Part shown: positions 37,136-52,192 of the stretch, one piece after another | Layout of the letters: each line of letters opens with the position of its first letter | Position numbering within the stretch: the stretch's first letter is position 1 | Assembly (NCBI RefSeq): GCF_046105845.1 | Contig: NZ_CP151004.1 | DNA length: 64,000 nucleotides | Direction: 5' to 3' (one strand) | Source of the DNA: Escherichia coli | Lineage (GTDB): Bacteria; Pseudomonadota; Gammaproteobacteria; Enterobacterales; Enterobacteriaceae | The notes under the pieces: generated by a model | Told to the model about the DNA's origin: nothing | The model's database searches: none | What the model saw: only the letters and a program-made list of their open reading frames with translations | Translations under genes and position numbers: made by a program

Positions 37136-37325
37136 ATTCCCCCTCCGGCAAAATTTGTCCAACCTGTTGTACTCAATAAGAAAAAATCCGTGCGCTGATT
37201 CACAAATTTGTGCGTAATTTCTCCAGTCCGCTGGACGAGGAGTGGGATTTGATGCGCTTCACAATTTTACTCCCCCTGAGCAACGACAACGAGACTGATT
37301 CCAGTATCTAAGACTGGAGTCCAGT

Positions 37326-38108
37326 ATGTTGGAATCAAGCAAAGTTCCCGCCCTGACACGGGCTATTGATATTCTCAATTTGATTGCCCGCATTGGCCCC
37401 TGTAGTGCTGCGACGATCATTGACACATTGGGGATCCCTAAAAGCACGGCCTATTTGCTGCTTAATGAACTCAGGCGTCAGCGTTTTCTTAGCCTTGATC
37501 ACCAGGAAAATTTTTGTTTGTGGACCAAGCTGGTGGAGCTTTCCGGTCATGCGTTAAGCAAGATGGATCTCCGGGAACTGGCTCGACCGCGTTTGACGCA
37601 ACTGATGGATACCACCGGGCTGTTATGTCACCTGGGGATTATTGATAACGGCAGCGCTTATTACATTTTGAAAGTGGAGTCATCAGCCACTATCAGCGTG
37701 CGTTCCCATGAAGGAAAAAGCCTTTCGCTTTATCGCTCCGGAATAGGTAAATGCCTGCTTGCCTGGCAACCTGCAGCTGTACAGCAAAGTATTATCGAAG
37801 GGCTGGTCTGGGAGCAGGCGACACCCACAACGATTACTCATCCACAGCAACTTCACGAAGAACTGGCGCGTATTCGCCGTCAGGGCTGGAGTTATGACAA
37901 CGGCGAAGATTATGCCGATGTCCGTTGTGTCGCTGCGCCGGTGTTTAACGCCAATAACGAGCTTACCGCTGCGATTTCGGTGGTCGGTACCCGCTTACAA
38001 ATCAATGAAGAATACCGTGATTATCTGGCGGGCAAGGCCATTGCCTGCGCCAGGGATATTTCACGTCTGTTGGGATGGAAAAGTCCCTTTGACTTACAGG
38101 CCTCATAA
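37326..38108 (+). CDS. rhmR: IclR-family regulator of L-rhamnonate operon
   Basis: 260 aa, N-terminal HTH, IclR effector domain. Confidence 0.9.
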   Translation: MLESSKVPALTRAIDILNLIARIGPCSAATIIDTLGIPKSTAYLLLNELRRQRFLSLDHQENFCLWTKLVELSGHALSKMDLRELARPRLTQLMDTTGLLCHLGIIDNGSAYYILKVESSATISVRSHEGKSLSLYRSGIGKCLLAWQPAAVQQSIIEGLVWEQATPTTITHPQQLHEELARIRRQGWSYDNGEDYADVRCVAAPVFNANNELTAAISVVGTRLQINEEYRDYLAGKAIACARDISRLLGWKSPFDLQAS

Positions 38109-38110
38109 CA

Positions 38111-39328
38111 ATGGAGAACATCATGACCCTACCAAAAATCAAACAGGTTCGCGCCTGGTTTACTGGCGGTGCGACAGCAGAAAAAGGCGCTGGCGGTGGT
38201 GATTATCACGACCAGGGGGCGAATCACTGGATTGACGATCATATTGCCACCCCGATGAGTAAATACCGCGATTACGAGCAGTCACGCCAGTCATTTGGCA
38301 TTAACGTTCTTGGCACGTTGATTGTTGAAGTCGAAGCAGAAAACGGCCAGACCGGATTCGCCGTTTCGACAGCCGGTGAAATGGGCTGTTTTATTGTCGA
38401 AAAACACCTTAACCGTTTCATTGAGGGTAAATGTGTCAGTGATATCAAACTGATCCACGATCAAATGCTCAATGCCACCCTGTATTACTCCGGCTCTGGT
38501 GGCCTGGTGATGAATACGATTTCCTGTGTCGATCTGGCTCTGTGGGATCTGTTCGGCAAAGTGGTCGGGCTTCCGGTTTATAAACTTTTAGGCGGCGCAG
38601 TTCGTGATGAGATTCAGTTCTACGCCACAGGTGCGCGTCCGGATCTGGCAAAAGAGATGGGCTTTATCGGTGGCAAAATGCCGACGCACTGGGGGCCACA
38701 TGATGGCGATGCGGGGATCCGCAAAGATGCCGCTATGGTCGCGGATATGCGTGAAAAATGCGGTGAGGATTTCTGGTTAATGCTCGACTGCTGGATGAGT
38801 CAGGACGTGAACTATGCCACCAAACTGGCCCACGCTTGCGCGCCTTATAACCTGAAATGGATCGAAGAGTGCCTGCCGCCACAGCAGTATGAAGGTTATC
38901 GCGAACTGAAACGCAACGCGCCAGTCGGAATGATGGTCACCAGCGGTGAGCATCACGGCACACTGCAATCTTTCCGTACGCTTTCAGAAACCGGTATCGA
39001 CATTATGCAGCCGGATGTTGGCTGGTGCGGTGGCTTAACCACGCTGGTGGAAATTGCCGCAATCGCCAAATCCAGGGGGCAACTGGTGGTGCCGCACGGT
39101 TCGTCTGTTTACTCTCACCATGCGGTGATCACCTTCACCAATACGCCATTCAGCGAATTCCTGATGACCAGCCCGGATTGTTCAACGATGCGTCCGCAAT
39201 TTGATCCGATTCTGCTTAATGAGCCAGTGCCGGTGAATGGTCGTATTCATAAATCAGTGCTTGATAAACCCGGTTTCGGCGTCGAACTCAATCGTGACTG
39301 CAATTTGAAACGCCCCTACAGCCACTAA
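38111..39328 (+). CDS. rhmD: L-rhamnonate dehydratase (enolase superfamily)
   Basis: 405 aa; alternative start at 38123 (MTLPKIKQ) would give 401 aa. Confidence 0.9.
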   Translation: MENIMTLPKIKQVRAWFTGGATAEKGAGGGDYHDQGANHWIDDHIATPMSKYRDYEQSRQSFGINVLGTLIVEVEAENGQTGFAVSTAGEMGCFIVEKHLNRFIEGKCVSDIKLIHDQMLNATLYYSGSGGLVMNTISCVDLALWDLFGKVVGLPVYKLLGGAVRDEIQFYATGARPDLAKEMGFIGGKMPTHWGPHDGDAGIRKDAAMVADMREKCGEDFWLMLDCWMSQDVNYATKLAHACAPYNLKWIEECLPPQQYEGYRELKRNAPVGMMVTSGEHHGTLQSFRTLSETGIDIMQPDVGWCGGLTTLVEIAAIAKSRGQLVVPHGSSVYSHHAVITFTNTPFSEFLMTSPDCSTMRPQFDPILLNEPVPVNGRIHKSVLDKPGFGVELNRDCNLKRPYSH

Positions 39329-39384
39329 TCACTCCGGGCGTTGCTGTGACAACGGTAACGCCCACATATTCTAAGGAGCTTTTT

Positions 39385-40674
39385 ATGAGCACCGCTTTGC
39401 TTGACGCCGTGGTGAAGAAAAACCGCGCGCGTTTAATTCCGTTTATGTTGGCGCTTTATGTGCTGGCGTTTCTCGACCGTTCGAATATTGGTTTTGCCAA
39501 ACAGACCTACCAGATTGATACCGGGCTGAGTAATGAAGCTTATGCGCTGGGAGCAGGCATTTTCTTTGTGGTATACGCGTTTCTGGGGGTTCCGGCGAAT
39601 CTTTTGATGCGAAAACTGGGGGCCAGAACCTGGATTGGTACGACAACACTGCTGTGGGGATTTCTTTCGGCAGCCATGGCATGGGCCGATACTGAAGCGA
39701 AATTTCTGATCGTTCGCACTCTGCTTGGTGCTGCGGAGGCCGGGTTTTTCCCTGGTATGATTTATCTCACCTCGCAATGGTTTCCGCAGCGTAATCGCGC
39801 CAGCATTATGGGGTTGTTCTATATGGGCGCACCGCTGGCGTTAACACTGGGATCACCGCTTTCCGGCGCGCTGCTGGAGATGCATGGATTTATGGGGCAT
39901 CCCGGCTGGTTCTGGATGTTTGTGATTGAAGGATTGCTGGCAGTCGGCGCTGGGGTATTCACATTCTTTTGGCTTGATGACACACCGGAGCAGGCACGTT
40001 TTCTGAGTAAACAAGAAAAAACGTTGCTTATCAATCAACTGGCAAGTGAAGAACAACAGAAAGTGACTTCTCGATTGAGCGATGCGCTGCGTAATGGCCG
40101 AGTCTGGCAACTGGCGATTATCTACCTGACCATTCAGGTGGCGGTTTACGGATTAATTTTCTTCCTGCCGACCCAGGTTGCTGCATTGCTGGGGACAAAA
40201 GTGGGTTTTACGGCGTCGGTGGTCACCGCCATTCCGTGGGTTGCGGCCTTGTTTGGGACCTGGCTTATTCCGCGCTATTCCGATAAAACCGGCGAACGGC
40301 GTAATGTCGCAGCGCTGACATTACTGGCGGCGGGCATTGGTATTGGTCTGTCCGGGCTGCTTTCTCCAGTACTGGCGATCGTAGCGCTGTGTGTTGCAGC
40401 CATCGGGTTTATTGCCGTGCAGCCGGTGTTCTGGACGATGCCGACACAACTGCTTTCCGGTACGGCGCTGGCGGCGGGGATTGGTTTTGTAAACCTGTTT
40501 GGTGCAGTGGGTGGGTTTATTGCCCCGATCCTGCGCGTGAAAGCAGAAACGTTGTTTGCCAGCGATGCGGCGGGATTACTGACGCTGGCAGCGGTGGCGG
40601 TCATCGGTTCGCTGATTATTTTCACTCTGCGTGTAAATCGCACTGTTGCGCAGACCGACGTGGCACATCATTAA
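39385..40674 (+). CDS. rhmT: L-rhamnonate MFS transporter
   Basis: 429 aa from [10 protein letters not shown]; 12-TM MFS. Confidence 0.88.
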   Translation: MSTALLDAVVKKNRARLIPFMLALYVLAFLDRSNIGFAKQTYQIDTGLSNEAYALGAGIFFVVYAFLGVPANLLMRKLGARTWIGTTTLLWGFLSAAMAWADTEAKFLIVRTLLGAAEAGFFPGMIYLTSQWFPQRNRASIMGLFYMGAPLALTLGSPLSGALLEMHGFMGHPGWFWMFVIEGLLAVGAGVFTFFWLDDTPEQARFLSKQEKTLLINQLASEEQQKVTSRLSDALRNGRVWQLAIIYLTIQVAVYGLIFFLPTQVAALLGTKVGFTASVVTAIPWVAALFGTWLIPRYSDKTGERRNVAALTLLAAGIGIGLSGLLSPVLAIVALCVAAIGFIAVQPVFWTMPTQLLSGTALAAGIGFVNLFGAVGGFIAPILRVKAETLFASDAAGLLTLAAVAVIGSLIIFTLRVNRTVAQTDVAHH

Positions 40675-40690
40675 TAGGTTAAGGAACACC

Positions 40691-41494
40691 ATGAACGCAT
40701 TATTAAGCAATCCCTTTAAAGAACGTTTACGCAAGGGCGAAGTGCAAATTGGTCTGTGGTTAAGCTCGACTACTTCTTATATGGCAGAAATTGCCGCCAC
40801 TTCCGGTTATGATTGGTTGCTGATTGACGGGGAGCACGCGCCAAACACCATTCAGGATCTTTATCACCAGCTACAGGCGGTAGCGCCCTATGCCAGCCAA
40901 CCCGTGATCCGTCCGGTGGAAGGTAGTAAACCGCTGATTAAACAAGTCCTGGATATTGGCGCGCAAACTCTACTGATCCCGATGGTCGATACTGCCGATC
41001 AGGCACGTCAGGTGGTGTCTGCCACGCGCTATCCTCCCTACGGTGAGCGTGGTGTCGGGGCCAGTGTGGCACGGGCTGCTCGCTGGGGACGCATTGAGAA
41101 TTACATGGCGCAAGTCAACGATTCGCTTTGTCTGTTGGTGCAGGTGGAAAGTAAAACAGCACTGGATAACCTGGACGAAATCCTCGACGTCGAAGGGATT
41201 GACGGCGTGTTTATTGGACCTGCGGATCTTTCTGCGTCGTTGGGCTACCCGGATAACGCCGGGCACCCGGAAGTGCAGCGAATTATTGAAACCAGTATTC
41301 GGCGGATCCGTGCTGCGGGTAAAGCGGCTGGTTTTCTGGCTGTGGCTCCTGATATGGCGCAGCAATGCCTGGCGTGGGGAGCGAACTTTGTCGCTGTTGG
41401 CGTTGACACGATGCTCTACAGCGATGCCCTGGATCAACGACTGGCGATGTTTAAATCAGGCAAAAATGGGCCACGCATAAAAGGTAGTTATTGA
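40691..41494 (+). CDS. rhmA: 2-keto-3-deoxy-L-rhamnonate aldolase (HpcH/HpaI family)
   Basis: 267 aa from [10 protein letters not shown]. Confidence 0.9.
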   Translation: MNALLSNPFKERLRKGEVQIGLWLSSTTSYMAEIAATSGYDWLLIDGEHAPNTIQDLYHQLQAVAPYASQPVIRPVEGSKPLIKQVLDIGAQTLLIPMVDTADQARQVVSATRYPPYGERGVGASVARAARWGRIENYMAQVNDSLCLLVQVESKTALDNLDEILDVEGIDGVFIGPADLSASLGYPDNAGHPEVQRIIETSIRRIRAAGKAAGFLAVAPDMAQQCLAWGANFVAVGVDTMLYSDALDQRLAMFKSGKNGPRIKGSY

Positions 41495-41500
41495 TATCAA

Positions 41501-41527
41501 AGGCCCATGGGGATCGGCTGTGGGCCT
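41501..41527. terminator. Hairpin between convergent rhmA and rpnE
   Basis: 7-bp stem AGGCCCA/TGGGCCT with 13-nt loop. Confidence 0.4.
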
Positions 41528-41534
41528 GTGTTAA

Positions 41535-42437
41535 TTAGTGGTTATTCGCTGCCAGATCGGCTTCGCTTAGCTGGGTGGCAGCGAGCACCAGGTCACGATC
41601 AATGCCCTGTTCCAGCATGCGCAAGGCAATTTTAATGGCTTGTTCATGCATACCTTCCTGCCAGCCAATTTGGTGTCCTTCCTGCCGTAGCCGTTCAGCA
41701 ATAGTCATTAATCTCTCCTTTTGTAGTGGTGAACGTTCGGCAATCTCCTCAATAAAACGGGTGAAACGGGAGGTATCGCCGCATTGCAGCAGATAATTAA
41801 ACAGCGTTTGTAGCTGGCTGTCATTAGTGAAGCCTCTAACCAAAAGCGTGGTGATCCTGTCGACCATACCGATTAAATCGCGGTCGCGAATATGCTTTTG
41901 AATCAGTTCCAGCAGAGCTATACGCCGATGTTGCATGATCTCATCGTCAGGTACGATGGTGATATCCACCAACGGAAAAGCTTCGGTGTACAACTGCCGG
42001 GCAAGTTGCGGATCGTCAAACTCATCCAGCCAGTTGAGTGAGTACGGGTAGGGCGAGGTTTCGCCATGATAAAACAGTAACGGTACCACCAGCGGGACTC
42101 TGTCATAGCCTTTGTCCAGATGACGTTGCATGGCGGCAGTGGCATAGCGCATTAGCCGAAAGGCCATATTCTTTTCCGCTGAACTTTGATGTTCAATCAC
42201 GCAGTAGATATAGCCGTCACCGTCGCTGGTTTCCACCGACCACAAAACATCTGAGTAGTAAGCGCGTAAACTTTTTTCAATAAAACTGGTGGGTTCCAGG
42301 CGTAAGGTTTGCAGGTTACAAAGCTTGCGCAGTGGTTCTGGTAAATGTATTTCGAGAAAATCTCGCGCCGTATCGGGCGAGAACATAAAGGTTTTAAATA
42401 CCGCATCATGCGGGGAGGAGGTTGTTGATTCGGTCAT
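41535..42437 (-). CDS. rpnE: Rpn-family recombination-promoting nuclease (transposase_31 / PD-(D/E)XK-like), YfaD/RpnE-like
   Basis: 300 aa; N-terminal DAVFKTFM signature typical of YhgA/Rpn family. Confidence 0.8.
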   Translation of the reverse strand: MTESTTSSPHDAVFKTFMFSPDTARDFLEIHLPEPLRKLCNLQTLRLEPTSFIEKSLRAYYSDVLWSVETSDGDGYIYCVIEHQSSAEKNMAFRLMRYATAAMQRHLDKGYDRVPLVVPLLFYHGETSPYPYSLNWLDEFDDPQLARQLYTEAFPLVDITIVPDDEIMQHRRIALLELIQKHIRDRDLIGMVDRITTLLVRGFTNDSQLQTLFNYLLQCGDTSRFTRFIEEIAERSPLQKERLMTIAERLRQEGHQIGWQEGMHEQAIKIALRMLEQGIDRDLVLAATQLSEADLAANNH

Positions 42438-42578
42438 GGTTGTCCGTCACCTGATATTTATGATGACGCGACATTACGGTTATCCCAGGCCTTTGACATC
42501 TGCCAGTTTCAGCCTTTGCGAGACGTTTTCAGAGGAATTTTCACTGCGTTGCAACGCATACACTGGGCACGGAATCGT

Positions 42579-42608
42579 GTACGCAAAAATGCCCGGTAAC
42601 AACATGCT
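42579..42608 (-). terminator. Intrinsic terminator of glpACB
   Basis: 11-bp stem ATGCCCGGTAA/TTACCGGGCAT followed on the minus strand by a U-run (revcomp of AAAAA at 42575-42579). Confidence 0.65.
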
Positions 42609-42629
42609 TACCGGGCATCAGAAAGGAGT

Positions 42630-46694
<4,065 letters not shown>

Positions 46695-46840
46695 TGTTAT
46701 CCCTCTGAAGTTCGTTTTTTACCATTTAGCCATAGTAAAAATATGAATTGTTTGATTTCGCGCATATTCGCTCATAATTCGAAAGTGAAACGTGATTCCA
46801 TGCGTCATTCTGAACATTTAACCCATCGTATTTAATAATG

Positions 46841-46856
46841 TGTGCGGTAATTCACA
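46841..46856. promoter_or_regulatory. CRP binding site in divergent glpACB / glpTQ control region
   Basis: TGTGCGGTAATTCACA matches CRP consensus TGTGA-N6-TCACA with one mismatch. Confidence 0.6.
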
Positions 46857-46966
46857 TTTAATTTATGAATGTTTTCTTAACATCGCGGCAACTCAAGAAA
46901 CGGCAGGTTCTCCCACTGAATCAGGCTGTTAATCATAAATAAGACCACGGGCCACGGAGGCTTTCA

Positions 46967-48325
46967 ATGTTGAGTATTTTTAAACCAGCGCCACACAAAG
47001 CGCGCTTACCTGCCGCGGAGATCGATCCGACTTATCGTCGATTGCGTTGGCAAATTTTCCTGGGGATATTCTTTGGTTATGCTGCTTACTATTTGGTTCG
47101 TAAGAACTTTGCCCTCGCTATGCCTTATCTGGTCGAGCAGGGCTTCTCACGCGGTGATTTAGGTTTTGCCCTTTCGGGGATCTCGATCGCTTATGGATTT
47201 TCGAAATTCATCATGGGCTCGGTGTCGGATCGCTCGAATCCGCGCGTTTTCCTGCCCGCAGGTTTGATTCTGGCGGCGGCAGTGATGTTGTTTATGGGCT
47301 TTGTGCCGTGGGCGACGTCGAGCATCGCGGTGATGTTTGTACTGTTGTTCCTCTGCGGTTGGTTCCAGGGGATGGGGTGGCCGCCGTGTGGTCGTACTAT
47401 GGTGCACTGGTGGTCGCAGAAAGAACGTGGCGGCATTGTGTCAGTGTGGAACTGTGCACACAACGTCGGTGGTGGTATTCCGCCGCTGCTGTTCCTGCTG
47501 GGGATGGCCTGGTTCAATGACTGGCACGCGGCGCTCTATATGCCCGCTTTCTGCGCCATTCTGGTGGCACTGTTCGCCTTTGCGATGATGCGCGATACCC
47601 CGCAATCTTGTGGCCTGCCGCCGATCGAAGAGTACAAAAATGATTATCCGGACGACTATAACGAAAAAGCGGAACAGGAGCTGACGGCGAAGCAAATCTT
47701 CATGCAGTACGTGCTGCCGAACAAATTGCTGTGGTACATCGCTATCGCCAACGTGTTCGTTTATCTGCTGCGTTACGGCATCCTCGACTGGTCACCGACT
47801 TATCTGAAAGAGGTGAAACACTTCGCGCTGGATAAATCCTCCTGGGCCTACTTCTTCTATGAGTATGCGGGCATTCCGGGCACCCTGCTGTGCGGCTGGA
47901 TGTCGGATAAAGTCTTCCGTGGCAACCGTGGGGCCACCGGCGTCTTCTTTATGACACTGGTGACCATCGCGACTATCGTTTACTGGATGAACCCGGCAGG
48001 TAACCCAACCGTAGATATGATTTGTATGATTGTTATCGGCTTCCTGATCTACGGCCCTGTGATGCTGATCGGTCTGCATGCGCTGGAACTGGCACCGAAA
48101 AAAGCGGCAGGTACGGCAGCGGGCTTTACCGGGCTGTTTGGTTACCTGGGCGGTTCGGTGGCGGCGAGCGCGATTGTTGGCTACACAGTGGACTTCTTCG
48201 GCTGGGATGGCGGCTTTATGGTAATGATTGGCGGCAGCATTCTGGCGGTTATCTTGTTGATTGTTGTGATGATTGGCGAAAAACGTCGCCATCAGGAATT
48301 ACTGCAAAAACGCAACGGAGGCTAA
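46967..48325 (+). CDS. glpT: Glycerol-3-phosphate:phosphate antiporter (MFS)
   Basis: 452 aa, 12 TM. Confidence 0.95.
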   Translation: MLSIFKPAPHKARLPAAEIDPTYRRLRWQIFLGIFFGYAAYYLVRKNFALAMPYLVEQGFSRGDLGFALSGISIAYGFSKFIMGSVSDRSNPRVFLPAGLILAAAVMLFMGFVPWATSSIAVMFVLLFLCGWFQGMGWPPCGRTMVHWWSQKERGGIVSVWNCAHNVGGGIPPLLFLLGMAWFNDWHAALYMPAFCAILVALFAFAMMRDTPQSCGLPPIEEYKNDYPDDYNEKAEQELTAKQIFMQYVLPNKLLWYIAIANVFVYLLRYGILDWSPTYLKEVKHFALDKSSWAYFFYEYAGIPGTLLCGWMSDKVFRGNRGATGVFFMTLVTIATIVYWMNPAGNPTVDMICMIVIGFLIYGPVMLIGLHALELAPKKAAGTAAGFTGLFGYLGGSVAASAIVGYTVDFFGWDGGFMVMIGGSILAVILLIVVMIGEKRRHQELLQKRNGG

Positions 48326-48329
48326 TGGC

Positions 48330-49406
48330 ATGAAATTGACGCTGAAAAACCTTAGCATGGCGATCATGATGAGTGGAATGATCATGGGAAGCAGTGCAAT
48401 GGCGGCGGACAGCAACGAAAAAATAGTCATCGCCCATCGCGGTGCCAGTGGATATTTGCCGGAGCATACGCTGCCAGCAAAAGCGATGGCGTATGCGCAG
48501 GGAGCGGATTATCTGGAACAAGATTTAGTGATGACGAAGGATGACCATCTGGTTGTTCTGCATGACCATTATCTCGATCGTGTTACTGATGTTGCCGATC
48601 GTTTCCCGGATCGGGCGCGCAAAGACGGTCGTTACTACGCGATAGATTTCACGCTCGATGAAATTAAGTCACTGAAATTTACCGAAGGTTTCGATATTGA
48701 AAATGGTAAGAAAGTACAGACTTATCCGGGGCGTTTCCCGATGGGTAAATCTGACTTCCGGGTACACACTTTCGAGGAAGAGATTGAATTTGTTCAGGGG
48801 TTAAATCACTCTACCGGGAAAAATATCGGTATCTATCCAGAAATTAAAGCGCCGTGGTTCCATCATCAGGAAGGGAAGGATATTGCGGCAAAAACGCTGG
48901 AAGTGCTGAAGAAATATGGTTACAGCGGTAAGGACGACAAAGTTTATTTGCAATGTTTTGATGCCGATGAACTGAAGCGTATTAAGAATGAGCTGGAACC
49001 TAAAATGGGCATGGACCTCAATCTGGTACAGCTGATTGCCTATACCGACTGGAACGAAACTCAGCAGAAACAGCCGGACGGAAGCTGGGTTAATTACAAC
49101 TACGACTGGATGTTTAAGCCGGGGGCCATGAAACAGGTGGCGGAATATGCTGATGGTATTGGTCCGGATTATCATATGTTGATTGAGGAGACATCGCAGC
49201 CAGGTAATATCAAACTCACTGGCATGGTGCAAGATGCTCAGCAGAACAAGCTGGTAGTGCATCCTTATACCGTGCGGTCAGATAAACTGCCTGAATACAC
49301 TACTGATGTGAATCAGTTATATGATGCTCTGTATAACAAAGCGGGTGTAAATGGGCTGTTTACTGATTTCCCTGATAAGGCAGTAAAATTCCTTAATAAA
49401 GAGTAA
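48330..49406 (+). CDS. glpQ: Periplasmic glycerophosphodiester phosphodiesterase
   Basis: 358 aa from MKLTLKNLSM signal peptide; IVIAHRGASGYLPEHT motif. Confidence 0.95.
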   Translation: MKLTLKNLSMAIMMSGMIMGSSAMAADSNEKIVIAHRGASGYLPEHTLPAKAMAYAQGADYLEQDLVMTKDDHLVVLHDHYLDRVTDVADRFPDRARKDGRYYAIDFTLDEIKSLKFTEGFDIENGKKVQTYPGRFPMGKSDFRVHTFEEEIEFVQGLNHSTGKNIGIYPEIKAPWFHHQEGKDIAAKTLEVLKKYGYSGKDDKVYLQCFDADELKRIKNELEPKMGMDLNLVQLIAYTDWNETQQKQPDGSWVNYNYDWMFKPGAMKQVAEYADGIGPDYHMLIEETSQPGNIKLTGMVQDAQQNKLVVHPYTVRSDKLPEYTTDVNQLYDALYNKAGVNGLFTDFPDKAVKFLNKE

Positions 49407-49415
49407 TGCTATTGC

Positions 49416-49439
49416 AGGATGGCGTTCATGCGCCATCCT
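49416..49439 (+). terminator. Hairpin after glpQ
   Basis: 9-bp stem AGGATGGCG/CGCCATCCT. Confidence 0.45.
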
Positions 49440-49626
49440 CTGCTAAAGCGAAATAATGCTACTTCCGGTTGTTCTATTCATTAACCGGTGCATCCTGTTA
49501 AAAAAGATGCCAACATATTTGCATAAAACTCATTCGTTAAGAAAGCTAACACTGGGCATTGTTATTCCTTAAACAGTATGAATTGGGTTCAATAATAAAT
49601 TGTATTGCAGTTTATACTGTAAAGTA

Positions 49627-50697
49627 TTATTCGCATTTCGGGAAAGTAAAGAAAATATTAATGTATCTTATTAATTTATTATATTGTTCTTGAGTGAATG
49701 CTATTTGCACACCTTCAGGATAATATTCACCAGTAATAACCAGTTGTCCATTGCTGTGTTGTACCATTAAACCTTTTTTTTCCTTTGGATCTTCAAACTT
49801 AGAATTATCAAACGTGAAGATGTTATTTTCCTGTTTTGAGTAAGCAAAGAAATCTCGTGTATAGCTGAAACTATCATTTATTAATGGTGCTAACTTTTTG
49901 TCGGCGATATCGATAAGCTCACCACTTAATTTATTGATGTATTTCATTTGGTTCAATTTTTTCTGCGCTTGTACAATTTGCTTGTAGGTATTTTTAATTT
50001 CCTTAGAAGAATTCTTGAATTTATCATAGCGTTCCACGGAGGATGCGTATTTGTACCATTCTGTATTTTTCTCAGAATGTAGTAGCAGGTCTGTATATTT
50101 TTTTTGATCGCTGTAAAGTTGACTTTTAATACTTTCCTCACTGCTGGTTTTATAAGGTTTATCAGAGCTGTTTATTTTTGAAATGTCTTTTTCTGTCGGT
50201 GACTGGACCGTGTTGTGGATATTTTCTTTTATAACATGTTCATTGATGATGTTAATTGCAGTTTCATATTCATTTAAGTTTATTGTTCTTTGTGAAATAA
50301 ACCCTTCTTTGCTTTCGACACTCAAAATACCTTCGTTGTTTTCACCTCGGGTAAAGGTAAGGGTATAGGGTTCATAATCCGCTGCAAATTCATTTTTATA
50401 CGTTATGACATGTTCGACAAAATGTCTTATTGGTACGAAACCATAACTGTGAACGTCAATTTTTTGGGTCTTGATACTATCAATTGCATCTGAGGCTTTC
50501 GTGAAAAAAGCCAATAAATTAGCTATGCTGTCTGCTGAAGTTGATAACCCGTATCTACTTTGAGATATTTTTAGAAACTCATCGCAAAAAAACTCAAGTT
50601 TCGCGGTTTGTTGTGATTCTTTGTAAATTTCTGCTGGTTGCAATTTATTATTTTGTAAAATATTACAGCGAGATAAGTGAATAGATGTATTTGGCAT
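49627..50697 (-). CDS. Uncharacterised AT-rich ORF (hypothetical cytoplasmic protein, Lys/Asn/Glu-rich)
   Basis: 368-codon open frame on the ORF track; GGAA RBS 7 nt before the internal ATG at 50697 gives 356 aa; no signal peptide or TM; no motif I recognise; base composition strongly AT-rich compared with glpQ and inaA flanks. Confidence 0.7.
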   Translation of the reverse strand: MPNTSIHLSRCNILQNNKLQPAEIYKESQQTAKLEFFCDEFLKISQSRYGLSTSADSIANLLAFFTKASDAIDSIKTQKIDVHSYGFVPIRHFVEHVITYKNEFAADYEPYTLTFTRGENNEGILSVESKEGFISQRTINLNEYETAINIINEHVIKENIHNTVQSPTEKDISKINSSDKPYKTSSEESIKSQLYSDQKKYTDLLLHSEKNTEWYKYASSVERYDKFKNSSKEIKNTYKQIVQAQKKLNQMKYINKLSGELIDIADKKLAPLINDSFSYTRDFFAYSKQENNIFTFDNSKFEDPKEKKGLMVQHSNGQLVITGEYYPEGVQIAFTQEQYNKLIRYINIFFTFPKCE

Positions 50698-50766
50698 AAA
50701 TGATTCCTTGTATTGTGAGTTAACAAGATACAATCTAATCTTTGCAAAATATATTCACTATCAAAT

Positions 50767-50985
50767 TTAGCTCATTTTATTACGAAGACCTTTACGCATG
50801 GTAGAAAGTATCATTATTGTTAATAAATACGGTAATAAGTAACAAACAGATATTGATAACTTCCCTGAAAAGTTACTAGGTATCCCACTTGAAGATTGAG
50901 AATGGCTCCAGAGTAAACTGTGTACTGTTCGCCGGAGTGTCATTACTCTCAACGATCGGTTTTGACAGTGAGTCGGGCGCTTCAT
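50767..50985 (-). CDS. Possible small membrane protein upstream of the ORFan (speculative)
   Basis: 72-aa ORF with hydrophobic stretch ISVCYLLPYLLTIMILSTM; no clear RBS identified; could be non-coding. Confidence 0.2.
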   Translation of the reverse strand: MKRPTHCQNRSLRVMTLRRTVHSLLWSHSQSSSGIPSNFSGKLSISVCYLLPYLLTIMILSTMRKGLRNKMS

Positions 50986-51162
50986 ACCGGTTTCTACCTG
51001 GAGTCATTGTCACTTCTCCCAACTGGATAAATATATATCGCCAATTCACAAAGTGGGCCAAAATCAGGTGAAAACGAATTATTACGCCTGGTAAAGGCTA
51101 TAGTACAACTAAGTGTGGCGAATCAGGCAGTCTTGCATTTGTCATCAATCTCATGTCTTACA

Positions 51163-52041
51163 TCAAATTTTTCCACTCACCACGAGTTGTTCCGTACACG
51201 TTTGTAGTAAAAACAGTGGACTGCCTTCTACCGGCTTTTCTTTAGCCAGCAACGAAATCTGTCGATAGAAGGTTGGTTCGAGAGGAACGGAACACAATTC
51301 ATCTGCAATGGTTTTCAGCGTTAACTCTGGTAATAAGGCGATGCCTAATCCCTGTCGAATAAAACTGATCGCTGTATCCGGGTGATTAAATTCATATTTT
51401 ATCTGTGGGGTAATATTCTTTTCTTTAAATAGTGCCATAATGCTTAATTCATAGCGTCCTTTACTAATAATTAATGGTTCACCCATTAACTCTTCCACTG
51501 TAATAGTGCTGTTTTTTGCCAGAGCATGGTTGGGCGGTAACACTACGGTGAATTTATCCTGATAAATGGGCACGGAGTACATTCCGCTCACCGGAAAATG
51601 AACAAAACCGGCATCAATGGATTCATTCTGAAGGGAATCAATAATCGCTGTGCTATTTTCCTCAAAAGGAATAATTTTTATATTCGGATGATGAATTTCA
51701 AAGTAGCGAATCACAGCCGGTAAGATACAGGCGCAGACGCTGGGGAAACAACCAAGTCTCAGCGTTCTTTGAGGGTTCTGCTTTTCCTGCTCGGCTATCT
51801 CTTTTACTGCGTTCACTTCCCGATTAATGGCGCGCAGATGATGCATAATGCGGTGACCTGCAGAGGTCAGTTGTATAGCTTTACGGCGATCGCGTAACAG
51901 TATATTCACGCCAAGTTCTTGTTCGAGGGCAGCAATTGCCTGACTTACCGCCGACTGCGTCATGAACAATCGCTTGCTGGCTTCAGTAAAGCCACCGTAA
52001 TCCAGCACGGCGAGTAAAGAATTTATTTGGGTAAGAGTCAT
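51163..52041 (-). CDS. LysR-family transcriptional regulator (intact counterpart of K-12 yfaH fragment)
   Basis: 292 aa; N-terminal HTH FTEASKRLFMTQSAVSQAIAALE; divergent from MFS gene. Confidence 0.85.
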   Translation of the reverse strand: MTLTQINSLLAVLDYGGFTEASKRLFMTQSAVSQAIAALEQELGVNILLRDRRKAIQLTSAGHRIMHHLRAINREVNAVKEIAEQEKQNPQRTLRLGCFPSVCACILPAVIRYFEIHHPNIKIIPFEENSTAIIDSLQNESIDAGFVHFPVSGMYSVPIYQDKFTVVLPPNHALAKNSTITVEELMGEPLIISKGRYELSIMALFKEKNITPQIKYEFNHPDTAISFIRQGLGIALLPELTLKTIADELCSVPLEPTFYRQISLLAKEKPVEGSPLFLLQTCTEQLVVSGKI

Positions 52042-52192
52042 TAGAGTTTGCTAATCAATAATATTAAAACGATTAATTTCTCTAATAGCATGCCGCCATT
52101 TATACTTCTGTTCTGCAAAGTACATCACAATTTGACGCAACCGCAGTAACGGGAGTGTTGTCTGCGTGCGTCATCCTGACAGGCGGTAGGGT

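Noticed and set aside
50876-51071. Overlapping 60-61 aa ORFs on both strands between the ORFan and the LysR gene
   Set aside because: Mutually overlapping, no RBS, likely non-coding promoter or spacer DNA
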